The notes under the pieces: model-generated
What the model was told of the DNA's origin: nothing
The model's input: the letters and a program-made list of their open reading frames with translations, nothing else
Database searches by the model: none
Part shown: positions 56,043-64,000 of the stretch, one piece after another
Position numbering within the stretch: position 1 is the first letter of the stretch
Layout: each line of letters starts with the position of its first letter
Made by a program: the position numbers and the translations under genes
Source: Patescibacteria group bacterium
GTDB taxonomy: Bacteria > Patescibacteriota > Microgenomatia > 0-14-0-10-38-17
Assembly: GCA_050947035.1 (NCBI GenBank)
Contig: JBMNVW010000003.1
Coordinates: forward strand, 25,992 to 89,991
Direction: 5' to 3'
Length of the DNA: 64,000 nt

Positions 56043-57059
56043 ATGGACAAGCAAGAACTAGAGAAAAAACTAGCGGTTATTTTTCAAAAATTAGCGATTG
56101 AGGAGAAAACCAAGAAATTGGCGAAACTAAAAGAAAAAATTAAAGATCAATCTTTTTGGGATGATCACAGGGCGGCCAGCCAGGTTATGCAAGAAATTTC
56201 CACTTTGGAAGCCCTTATTGATCGGGTGACCATGGCCCAACTTTTAGTTGAAGAGGAGAATTGGCCAAAGGCTCGGAAAATAATTAAAACTCTAGAGAGA
56301 GAGCTTTATTTTTCTGGCAAGTATGATTCGGGTCCGGCCATTATGACAATTCAGGCTGGTCAAGGAGGAACCGAGGCGATGGATTGGGCCTCGATGTTAG
56401 TAAGAATGTACCAACGCTTTTTTGAAAGAAAGGGCTGGCAGTATCGAATTTTGGATCGTTCTGCCGGAGATGAGGCTGGTATTAAAAACCTTACTATGAA
56501 GATTGATGGCCCCAACGCTTATGGTTTGTTAAAATTTGAACAAGGAGCTCATCGTTTGGTTCGTCAGTCCCCTTTTAACGCCGATAATCTAAGACAGACC
56601 TCTTTTGCTCGAGTTGAAGTGTTACCGGTTTTACCGGAAGCCGATTTTACTCTAAACGAAGACGAGATTGAGTTTGAGGCCTTTCGAGCTGGTGGTCATG
56701 GCGGTCAAAACGTTAACAAGGTGGCCACAGCGGTTCGTTTGCGTCATAAACCAAGCGGAATCGTGGTTACTTCTCAATCAGAAAGACGGCAATTGCAAAA
56801 TCGCAAAATTGCCCTTGATCTATTAAGAAACAAGCTTTGGGCGCTGGCTGAAGAAGAAAGAGAAAAAACTGCCGCTCAGGTTCGCGGAGAGTATCGCCCC
56901 GCTTCCTGGGGAAATCAGATTCGTTCTTATGTTTTACATCCTTATAAAATGATTAAAGACTTACGAACCAATCAAGAAACCTCGGATGTTGAGAGTTTTT
57001 TAGATGGTGATTTAGAAACTTTTCTTGAGGCTAACCTTAGGCTCTTGGCAACAGTTTAG
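56043..57059 (+). CDS. prfB: peptide chain release factor 2 (no programmed frameshift)
   Basis: SPF and GGQ motifs. Continuous ORF from M1. Confidence 0.9.
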   Translation: MDKQELEKKLAVIFQKLAIEEKTKKLAKLKEKIKDQSFWDDHRAASQVMQEISTLEALIDRVTMAQLLVEEENWPKARKIIKTLERELYFSGKYDSGPAIMTIQAGQGGTEAMDWASMLVRMYQRFFERKGWQYRILDRSAGDEAGIKNLTMKIDGPNAYGLLKFEQGAHRLVRQSPFNADNLRQTSFARVEVLPVLPEADFTLNEDEIEFEAFRAGGHGGQNVNKVATAVRLRHKPSGIVVTSQSERRQLQNRKIALDLLRNKLWALAEEEREKTAAQVRGEYRPASWGNQIRSYVLHPYKMIKDLRTNQETSDVESFLDGDLETFLEANLRLLATV

Positions 57060-57092
57060 GGTTTATGATATAGTGAATAAAGTCTTACCTAT

Positions 57093-57590
57093 ATGATTGA
57101 AGAAATTAATCTTGACAACCAGACCTCAAAAGACAAAAATTTAGCCAATAAGCCCGGCAAATCTTTTAGTTGGCCCTCTTTTTTATCAAAGAAAAATTTA
57201 ACGATTGGTTTAGGTAGTTTAGCCATAGTTGGCTTGGGGGTTTTCTCTGGCTGGTTTTTATCTGGGGCTGGTTCCTTAGGTCAGGGGAGACCAATTCAAA
57301 CTGAAGTGAGTCAAGGCGAAAAACCCGAAAAAGGGGAAGAATTTGGTGTTCAGGACAAGGACACTTTTTCTGATCATGCCGTTGGCGAAGTGGCCGAGGG
57401 GGGGGTCAACGGTGAGGGCACCCATCATCTTTTAAGAGAAGGCGGGCCATCACAAACAGTTTTTTTGTTTTCCTCTGTTTTGAATCTTGATGATTTTGTC
57501 GGTCGTAAAGTCGAGGTTTGGGGAGAAACCTTTAGTGCCGAAAAAGCCGGTTGGTTAATGGATGTTGGTAAATTAAAAGTCCTAGATTAG
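57093..57590 (+). CDS. membrane-anchored hypothetical protein
   Basis: ORF with one TM. Confidence 0.3.
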   Translation: MIEEINLDNQTSKDKNLANKPGKSFSWPSFLSKKNLTIGLGSLAIVGLGVFSGWFLSGAGSLGQGRPIQTEVSQGEKPEKGEEFGVQDKDTFSDHAVGEVAEGGVNGEGTHHLLREGGPSQTVFLFSSVLNLDDFVGRKVEVWGETFSAEKAGWLMDVGKLKVLD

Positions 57591-57607
57591 AAAAATGAAA
57601 TTTTTTT

Positions 57608-58324
57608 ATGGCAAAAAAGACGCCTATACTCTCTCTAAAAGAAGTTACTAAAAAGTTTGGTCAAGAAACAATTTTAGACTCAGTTAGTTTTGATTTGACC
57701 CCAAAAGAGACTGTTTTTTTGGTTGGACCCTCAGGAGCGGGCAAAACGACCCTATTTCGCCTTTTGTCTTGCGAATTTCTCCCAACTTCAGGAGAAATTC
57801 ATTTTTTAGAAGAAAAAATTTCTGATCGTTTGTCCAACCGGCGAATAGTCTGGCTACGACGACAAATTGGCCGAGTTTTTCAAGATTTAAAATTAATTGC
57901 TGACCGGACCATTAAAGAGAACATCGAGATTTCTTTTGATATTTTTGCTACCCCTCACCAGACCTTAGAAGAGGTTTTGGCCTTAGTTGGTTTAGAAAAT
58001 AAGGCCAACCTTTTTCCGGCTCAACTGTCAGAAGGAGAAAAGCAACGAGTCGGAATTGCCCGGGCCTTAATTTATCAACCCAAAATTTTATTAGTTGATG
58101 AGCCAACCAGCAATTTGGATCCAGCCAATTCTTGGCAAATAATTAAACTATTAAAGAAAGTTAACCAAGAAGGAACAACGTTGATGATTGCCACCCATGA
58201 TGAAGATGTGGTTAACTCTTTACAAGCCCGAGTGATTGAAATTGATCAAGGGAAAGTTGTTCGAGATGAGGCCGAATCAAAATATCAAAAAACCCCTTCC
58301 CAGGAAGATAAAAAAGACCAATGA
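57608..58324 (+). CDS. ftsE: cell-division ABC ATPase FtsE
   Basis: GPSGAGKTT, LSEGEKQRV, overlaps ftsX. Confidence 0.85.
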   Translation: MAKKTPILSLKEVTKKFGQETILDSVSFDLTPKETVFLVGPSGAGKTTLFRLLSCEFLPTSGEIHFLEEKISDRLSNRRIVWLRRQIGRVFQDLKLIADRTIKENIEISFDIFATPHQTLEEVLALVGLENKANLFPAQLSEGEKQRVGIARALIYQPKILLVDEPTSNLDPANSWQIIKLLKKVNQEGTTLMIATHDEDVVNSLQARVIEIDQGKVVRDEAESKYQKTPSQEDKKDQ

Positions 58325-59214
58325 AAACGATAAAAGTTGCCCTAAGCCATATTAGACGATCTCCCTACCAATCGTTGTTGGTGGTAATGGTTTTGTCTTT
58401 TGCCTTTTTCTTAATTTCCTCTTTTGCTACCCTGTCTTTTATTTCTCAGCGGGTATTAACCTTTTTTGAAAGCCGGCCCCAAGTTATTGCTTATTTAAAA
58501 GATTCAGCCGAAAAGGAAGAAATTGATAATTTAATTTCTCGCTTGGAGGCAACCGGCAAAATTGACGAAGTAACTTATATTTCCAAAGAAGAAGCGTTAG
58601 AAATTTATCAAGAGGCCAATAAAGATAATCCTCTGCTTTTGGAAATGGTTAGCGCCGAAATTTTACCAGCCAGTATTGAAATTTCAACTTTAAAAATTGA
58701 TTATTTGAGAGAAGTGGCGGATATTTTAGAAGAAGAGGCGATTATTTCCGTTTCTGAGGGGGGTAGAAAAGAGATTGATTTTGCCGAAAGCATTGCCGAT
58801 TCTCTAAGAGATTGGACGCAAGCAATCAGACGGGTGGGTTTGGGGGGAGGAGCATTGTTGGTGGTTCAAACCTTATTATTAATGATTGTGGTTACCTCAA
58901 TGAAAATTGCTTTAAGAAAAGACGAGGTGGAAATTTTAAAGCTTTTAGGCGCTTCGTCTTGGCAGACTCGTTCGCCGTTTTTGGTGGAGGGAATAATTTA
59001 TGGTCTTTGGGGAGCAGTTCTTGGTTTTGGCGGGATGTATTTGGCTCTGACTCAATTGGGCCAGGCCCTAATTGGCTTTTCTTTTTTTGCCGATATTGGT
59101 GTTTTCCCGGTTGATCAAAACTTCTTGTTGCTTCTTTTAGGAGGTGTGGCCTTCTTTTCTTCTTTTATTTGTGGTTTAGGCAGCTACATTGCCACTCGTC
59201 GCTATTTGCGATAA
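58321..59214 (+). CDS. ftsX: cell-division ABC permease-like protein FtsX
   Basis: One N-terminal TM, extracellular domain, three C-terminal TMs. Directly after ftsE. Confidence 0.85.
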   Translation: MKTIKVALSHIRRSPYQSLLVVMVLSFAFFLISSFATLSFISQRVLTFFESRPQVIAYLKDSAEKEEIDNLISRLEATGKIDEVTYISKEEALEIYQEANKDNPLLLEMVSAEILPASIEISTLKIDYLREVADILEEEAIISVSEGGRKEIDFAESIADSLRDWTQAIRRVGLGGGALLVVQTLLLMIVVTSMKIALRKDEVEILKLLGASSWQTRSPFLVEGIIYGLWGAVLGFGGMYLALTQLGQALIGFSFFADIGVFPVDQNFLLLLLGGVAFFSSFICGLGSYIATRRYLR

Positions 59215-59234
59215 TCTAGAAAGGGGAAGCTTTT

Positions 59235-60428
59235 ATGAGAAAAAAAATATTTTGGGGACTAATTGTCTTGGGTTTTTTAGCTAGTTTATTGTGGCGGCCC
59301 CTAACTTGGGCGGTCTCCTCGGATGATTTAGAAAAAATTCAGCAGGAAATAAAAGAGCTAGAAGAAAAGGTGGCCCAAACCAGGGAACAAAAACAAACCC
59401 TATCTTCGCAAATTGCCCAAATGAATCAACAGATTCAGCTGGCGACTTTAAGAATTGCCCAAACCGAGACCAGTATTGTCGTTTTGGAAGAAGAAATTGC
59501 TTCATTATCAGAAAAAATCGATAAGCTTGATCTTTCTTTGGATAAAATTTCCCAGGTTTTGCTGCGGCGAATTGTGGCTACTTATAAAGGCTCCCAGATT
59601 GACCCGGCTTTTTATTGGTTGACAACGGATAGCGCTGAGGATTTTATCAGGAATCAACAGTATCTGAAAGTGGCCCAAAAGCATGACAAGATGTTGATGA
59701 TGGCCGTTGAGGAAGCCAAGCAAGATTTTGATCGCCAAAAGAGCCTAAAGGAGGAAAAACAGGCCGCTCTGGAAGGCTTAAGGGTCCAACTGAAAGAACA
59801 AAATATTGCTCTTGATTTACAGAAAAAAGAAAAAGAACGACTTCTGGAGGTGACTAAAAATAATGAGGTTCGCTACCAGCAGTTATTAGCTCAGGCCCAA
59901 AGAGAGCTGACTAGCCTTCTTTCTTTTACCAGGACCAGGGTTGGAATAGCTGGCTCAACTTGTGCTGGCGAATTTTCCTCTGGAAATACGGGGTGGTTTT
60001 TTAGTCAGCGAGATTCTCGTTGGTGTAATAGTTTAATTGGTCATTCTGATATGACAATTGGCCAGGTGGGTTGTCTTATCAATAGTGTGGCCATGGTTAA
60101 TAAAAGTAAAGGGGTCGATATTACCCCTCTTGGAATAGCCAATAACTCTTCTTTCTTTTTTTTAAACACCGCCTATATGCTTCTTCCTTTTCCTTCTTTT
60201 GTTGACCAAAATTTTGTGGAGATATCAAAGGCCTCTATCGATGGTGAATTAGCCAAAGACAATCCGGTTATTGTTCATCTTGGTTTGGGCGGTGATGGCC
60301 ATTGGGTCGTTTTAGTTAAAAAAGATGGTGATGATTATATTATTAACGATCCCTGGTACGGTCCGGATAAAAAATTAACCGATTACTATAGTTGGGGGCT
60401 AGTAGGAAGGCCATATGTTTTAAAGTAG
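59235..60428 (+). CDS. secreted coiled-coil protein with a C-terminal papain-like cysteine-peptidase domain (C39-like/CHAP-like); candidate FtsEX-controlled cell-wall hydrolase
   Basis: Signal/TM, ~200 aa of heptad-rich coiled coil, C-terminal Cys (GQVGCLINS), His (GHWVVL) and Asp (NDPWYG). Confidence 0.5.
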   Translation: MRKKIFWGLIVLGFLASLLWRPLTWAVSSDDLEKIQQEIKELEEKVAQTREQKQTLSSQIAQMNQQIQLATLRIAQTETSIVVLEEEIASLSEKIDKLDLSLDKISQVLLRRIVATYKGSQIDPAFYWLTTDSAEDFIRNQQYLKVAQKHDKMLMMAVEEAKQDFDRQKSLKEEKQAALEGLRVQLKEQNIALDLQKKEKERLLEVTKNNEVRYQQLLAQAQRELTSLLSFTRTRVGIAGSTCAGEFSSGNTGWFFSQRDSRWCNSLIGHSDMTIGQVGCLINSVAMVNKSKGVDITPLGIANNSSFFFLNTAYMLLPFPSFVDQNFVEISKASIDGELAKDNPVIVHLGLGGDGHWVVLVKKDGDDYIINDPWYGPDKKLTDYYSWGLVGRPYVLK

Positions 60429-60445
60429 TTATGATAAAGAGGTTT

Positions 60446-60466
60446 TTTACACCTTAAAGGTGTAAA
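60446..60466. terminator. perfect 21-bp palindrome between convergent genes
   Basis: TTTACACCTTAAAGGTGTAAA. A related CACCTTAAAGGTG core occurs at 30860. Confidence 0.45.
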
Positions 60467-60533
60467 TCGGAAGGTGTCAGAAAGGTCTTAGGGAAAAACA
60501 CCGGACGAACAAGAATTTTAAACTTTAATTAAA

Positions 60534-61046
60534 CTATTTTTTAGAGTCAGGCTCTATTTTTTCTTGCCAATATTTTTGCCAGCGGCGAAATTCGGTTTTA
60601 GACAGAAAGTAGCTTTTTAAAGGGTCATTATTTTTTTGTCGGGAATCATTAAAACAGTTAACTCGGGCGCTGAAATCATTGACAGCCTGGTAAAGAGTTT
60701 GGATTCTTGGCCCGGATAAGGGCTCATTGTTGATAATTTTTTCGTTTCTATTTTCAAAAAATTGGCAGACTTGGCTGGTCAATTCCCTGCTATTGGCTAA
60801 TGTTTCTATTAGGCCTCTAAGAGAAGCCCTCTTCCAAAAACCAACCTGCCCTTTTCGATAATAACGATTGGCCTTAGCAATTCTTTCAGCCAAAAAGGAA
60901 CAAGCTGCCCCCATTTCCTTTTCTTCAAGATTAAGATGTTTTTTAAGGTTTATTGTTTTGGCGATTTTTTTAGAGTGAGCAAGAATATAGTCGGCATAAA
61001 TTTCGAGAAAGGGATTAGACCAGGTTTCTCTTTCTTTTTTAACCAT
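60534..61046 (-). CDS. hypothetical protein
   Basis: ORF only. Divergent from the TrpR-like gene across an operator-bearing intergenic region. Confidence 0.3.
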   Translation of the reverse strand: MVKKERETWSNPFLEIYADYILAHSKKIAKTINLKKHLNLEEKEMGAACSFLAERIAKANRYYRKGQVGFWKRASLRGLIETLANSRELTSQVCQFFENRNEKIINNEPLSGPRIQTLYQAVNDFSARVNCFNDSRQKNNDPLKSYFLSKTEFRRWQKYWQEKIEPDSKK

Positions 61047-61162
61047 CTTAATCTAATTATACAATAGCCTATATTTATTTTTTTCAACTTATTTTATTAA
61101 GTTTTATCAGAACAAAGCATTTTTTTTGAAAAAAATGATAAAAAAAAGACTGATTTCAAGCC

Positions 61163-61249
61163 TTAAATACGGTACCGTATTTAAAAAATTAGGTATCTTT
61201 TTTAAAAAAATGCCGAGATATTAGTATTTAAATACTTTACCGTATTTAA
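61163..61249. promoter_or_regulatory. bipartite palindrome pair: perfect 22-bp palindrome TTAAATACGGTACCGTATTTAA, then variant TTAAATACTTTACCGTATTTAA 65 nt downstream
   Basis: Lies in the divergent promoter region between the 60534 (-) and 61337 (+) genes. Confidence 0.65.
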
Positions 61250-61336
61250 ATAGCAAATGGGGTTGAAAAACTATTTCAGTTTGGGGTAGGATTAAGTTAT
61301 TAATTTTTAGTTTGCCAAATTGGCCAATCTGCCCAA

Positions 61337-61780
61337 GTGACCAAGTTACCCAAAAAACCGTTATCGATAAAAAAGGAAAAAGAAATCTTGGCTAATTTTG
61401 ATCAGTTTTTAGGGGCGATTGATAAAAAAGACGATTGGCAAATAATTTGTGAAAGTCTCTTAACCCCCACCGAAAGGTTAGTTTTGGCCAAAAGACTGCA
61501 AATGGGAATTTTGCTTCTTAAAGGCTATTCTTATCAAAAAATTGAACAAGAACTAGACACCAGCTCTACCACCATTGCCAAAATTGCCAATATTTTTTCT
61601 CGCCAGACCCGATTAGCGGACCTAGTTCATTTCATTTTTCTTTATCCAGAAGAAAATAAACCGCCGAAAGAAAAACTTTCCCCTCATCCTAAAGTAAACC
61701 GGGCCCTAAAAATGATGGGTTTTAAAGAAAAAACTTTTTATGAAAAGTTAGGCCAAAAAGAGAAAGAAAAAAGGGGCTAA
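61337..61780 (+). CDS. TrpR-like/YerC-YecD-family DNA-binding protein
   Basis: LLTPTERLVLAKRLQMGILLLKGYSYQKIEQELDTSSTTIAKIAN HTH region. Confidence 0.5.
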   Translation: MTKLPKKPLSIKKEKEILANFDQFLGAIDKKDDWQIICESLLTPTERLVLAKRLQMGILLLKGYSYQKIEQELDTSSTTIAKIANIFSRQTRLADLVHFIFLYPEENKPPKEKLSPHPKVNRALKMMGFKEKTFYEKLGQKEKEKRG

Positions 61781-61799
61781 ATTTTTAAGAGGAGTTGAA

Positions 61800-61887
61800 G
61801 ATAAATACGGTACCGTATTTATCAGAAAAATAAATGATTTTAAAAAAAGGGCTATGTTTAGGCTTTTAAATACTTTACCGTATTTAA
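61800..61887. promoter_or_regulatory. bipartite palindrome pair: perfect 24-bp palindrome GATAAATACGGTACCGTATTTATC, then TTAAATACTTTACCGTATTTAA 66 nt downstream
   Basis: Immediately upstream of the 61915 gene. Confidence 0.65.
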
Positions 61888-61914
61888 AATTTGGTAAAAA
61901 ATTAAGATTTTTTT

Positions 61915-63213
61915 ATGAAAAAGCTTTTTTACTTTTTGGTTAGTTTAGGAATATTTTTCTTTGGGGGTGGGGTTTATTGGCCGGTTCGGGCGATTACCTT
62001 ATCGTTGACAAATGTTCCGGAAACAATTACCTTTGATCAAGAGTTTTTGGTCCAAGTTTATTTTGAAATTAATGCCCAAAATACCACCTATTATCTCCGG
62101 CCTTGTTTTTATCCTCAGGGAAGCACAAGATATTTTGGTTGTATTAAGGTGGGGGGAAACTTTATTTGTGACAGCCAGGGGGATAAAACCGCCTATTTAC
62201 CCATCACCACTGATGATCAGGGTATTTGGCAGGGGGAAATACTAGTTCTGGTTGGTCGTGAGGAGACAGGAGAGTTTAATTTTAAAGTTCGCCGCTATAC
62301 GGCTGGAGGCAGTGTTTTTGACTCTGAGTCGGTAGTGGTTAATTTGGTTGCTCCTGTTTTGGAAACAACACCAACACCTTCATCGATCCTCAGTCCAAGC
62401 CCCGTACCAGTTCCGACTGTATCCGGTTCGACGATAACACCAATCGTCTCACCAACACCGGTCCCCACTCCCACTCTGACCTCTTTACCGACCCCGACAC
62501 CGACTCCAACTCCAACATCGCAAAACTCTACTCCTACCAACCCGCCCCAAGATTATAACAACATTTTTCTTAATGAGGTGATGGCTAACCCCAGCGAGGG
62601 GCCAGAATGGGTGGAATTTTATAATGCTAATAGTTTTACTGTTGATTTAGAAAACTGGTTTTTAGATGATTTGGTTGATGGCGGCAGTGCTTGGCAGGAG
62701 TTTTCTCTAAGAATAGCCCCCTACGGTTACGGGGTTGTTAATTTGAGTAAAAATATTTTTAATAATACCGGCGATGAGGTTCGGTTGGTTAACCCCCCTG
62801 GAGAGGAAAAAGACATCTTTTCTTACTCTAAAACGGTGTCTGGTCAAAGCTGGGGCAAGGACGAGGATGGTAGTTGGTGTTTGCAGGAGCCCACCCCTCA
62901 GAAAATTAATTTGACTTGTTTTCCCCCTAACCCAACCATAATGCCGACACCAATAGTTGAAAACCAGACAACTGATCAAGAAGATCAAGAAAAAAGTAAA
63001 ATTTTAGGAAATTATCAACACTATCAAATTAACCAAACCCCTCCGTCTCTTGAAACTTATTTAATAGCAGAAGATCACCCTAAGGAAAAGTTAAGAAAAG
63101 AGCAGACCCCTTTACCTAGGAAAAATTGGCTACCGGACTGGCTATTATTATCCGGTGGGTTGTTAAATTTTGGGGTGGGACTATTAAGGGTTTTTAAAAG
63201 AATGACACCTTAG
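61915..63213 (+). CDS. secreted protein: N-terminal beta-rich domain, Pro/Thr/Ser-rich linker, lamin-tail domain (LTD), C-terminal TM anchor
   Basis: Signal anchor, PTP(S/T) repeats, LTD-like NEVMANPSEGPEWVEFYNANSFTVDLENWFLDD...GDEVRLVN, C-terminal hydrophobic segment plus basic tail. Confidence 0.55.
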   Translation: MKKLFYFLVSLGIFFFGGGVYWPVRAITLSLTNVPETITFDQEFLVQVYFEINAQNTTYYLRPCFYPQGSTRYFGCIKVGGNFICDSQGDKTAYLPITTDDQGIWQGEILVLVGREETGEFNFKVRRYTAGGSVFDSESVVVNLVAPVLETTPTPSSILSPSPVPVPTVSGSTITPIVSPTPVPTPTLTSLPTPTPTPTPTSQNSTPTNPPQDYNNIFLNEVMANPSEGPEWVEFYNANSFTVDLENWFLDDLVDGGSAWQEFSLRIAPYGYGVVNLSKNIFNNTGDEVRLVNPPGEEKDIFSYSKTVSGQSWGKDEDGSWCLQEPTPQKINLTCFPPNPTIMPTPIVENQTTDQEDQEKSKILGNYQHYQINQTPPSLETYLIAEDHPKEKLRKEQTPLPRKNWLPDWLLLSGGLLNFGVGLLRVFKRMTP

Positions 63214-63270
63214 GTTTTTCCACCCCCGAGGTGGGTTAGGAATATGCAGGAGGAAGGATGATACGCTATA

Positions 63271-63696
63271 ATGACTGTTATGAAAAAAGCCTTAAGGGTA
63301 ATTATTTTTTGGCTGCCGCCCCTAGCTCTAATGGGGTTAATTTTTTACCTTTCTTCTCAACCCGCTTTTGCCGTTAGTCCCAAAGATTGGCTTAATTTTC
63401 TTGTTTTTAAAAGTTTACACTTTCTAGAATATGCTCTGCTTTTTATTCTTTGGCATCGAGCCCTTAAGAACACTATTGATAAACCCTCTTCTTTTTTGTG
63501 GTCGGCCCTAATAGCTTTTACTTGGGCGGTAATTGATGAAATTCATCAGCTTTATGTTCCCACCAGACAAGGAAGTCTAAGGGATATTATAATTGATTCT
63601 TTGGGAATTTTGTTTGGCGTACTTTGCTTATGGATTATCTTACCCAAAGCGCCCAAGAGACTAAAACTCTGGGCCGAAAAATTGGCACTAATTTAA
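63271..63696 (+). CDS. VanZ-like family membrane protein
   Basis: Four TM helices. DEIHQLYVPTRQGSLRDIIIDSLGILFG motif. Confidence 0.6.
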   Translation: MTVMKKALRVIIFWLPPLALMGLIFYLSSQPAFAVSPKDWLNFLVFKSLHFLEYALLFILWHRALKNTIDKPSSFLWSALIAFTWAVIDEIHQLYVPTRQGSLRDIIIDSLGILFGVLCLWIILPKAPKRLKLWAEKLALI

Positions 63697-64000
63697 AACC
63701 CGGCACCACGATCGCTTTATACGGAGATTTGGGTGGAGGCAAAACCACCTTTTTACAAGGACTGGCTGAAGGGTTGGGGATAAAGGAGCCAATTTTGAGC
63801 CCCACTTTTATTATTGCTCGTGATTATCCCCTAAAGAACGGCGGCCGTTTTTATCATTTTGACTGGTACCGAATTGATAATGAGAAACAGGCCCGAGCCT
63901 TAGGCATGGAGGAGCTTTTTGATAATGATAACATTGTGGCCATTGAGTGGGCTGATCAAGCTCCCAAAATATTGCCTAAAAAAAGGCTTGATATATACTT
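63630..64000 (+). CDS. tsaE: tRNA threonylcarbamoyladenosine biosynthesis protein TsaE (YjeE), partial, runs off the window end
   Basis: ATG at 63630 in the +2 frame inside the vanZ-like 3' end. LGRKIGTNLKPGTTIALYGDLGGGKTTF P-loop. Confidence 0.7.
   Translation, partial: MDYLTQSAQETKTLGRKIGTNLKPGTTIALYGDLGGGKTTFLQGLAEGLGIKEPILSPTFIIARDYPLKNGGRFYHFDWYRIDNEKQARALGMEELFDNDNIVAIEWADQAPKILPKKRLDIY

Overview
This 64-kb window is a chromosomal segment of a small-genome, AT-leaning bacterium, and it is almost entirely housekeeping. It carries recA-recX-rny, hup, tatD, ychF, two MiaB-family methylthiotransferases, a purF-like gene, miaA, RNase P RNA, comM, capA, secDF, cca, recJ, rel, aspS, a dacA-like gene, gltX, ruvCAB, dus, efp, xseAB, lon, greA, lysS, serS, secA, an ABC exporter, prfB, ftsEX followed by a coiled-coil cysteine-peptidase gene, three tRNAs (Pro-GGG, Gln-CUG, Glu-CUC) and a bpsA-like/speH polyamine pair. 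The compact gene set, a very small rnpB and many membrane or secreted hypotheticals suggest, by inference only, a Candidate-Phyla-Radiation/Patescibacteria-like organism.

Four signals stand out from the housekeeping background:
- Every tRNA gene here has a partial copy of itself nearby. tRNA-Pro sits next to an apparently frameshifted GIY-YIG nuclease gene and an insertion-bearing copy of its own 5' half. tRNA-Gln is followed by a ~134-nt tandem duplication that starts inside its T-loop. tRNA-Glu has a 23-bp direct repeat of its 3' end inside a 900-nt gene-free, repeat-dense island.
- A conserved bipartite palindrome (TAAATACGGTACCGTATTTA, then a TTTACC-centred variant 65 nt downstream) occurs at three loci. 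Two of them bracket a TrpR/YerC-like regulator gene and a secreted lamin-tail-domain protein gene.
- A ~90-nt nested hairpin element (GTCATCCTGA..CGAAGGATC..GATCCTTCG..TCAGGATGAC) is present as two full copies upstream of aspS and prfB, plus one half copy.
- A 19-bp GATAGATCCTGGATCTATC palindrome occurs four times, twice in-frame inside a CDS.

I recognised no CRISPR array, integrase, prophage or toxin-antitoxin pair. All calls rest on reading the sequence and on motif memory; no database search was possible.
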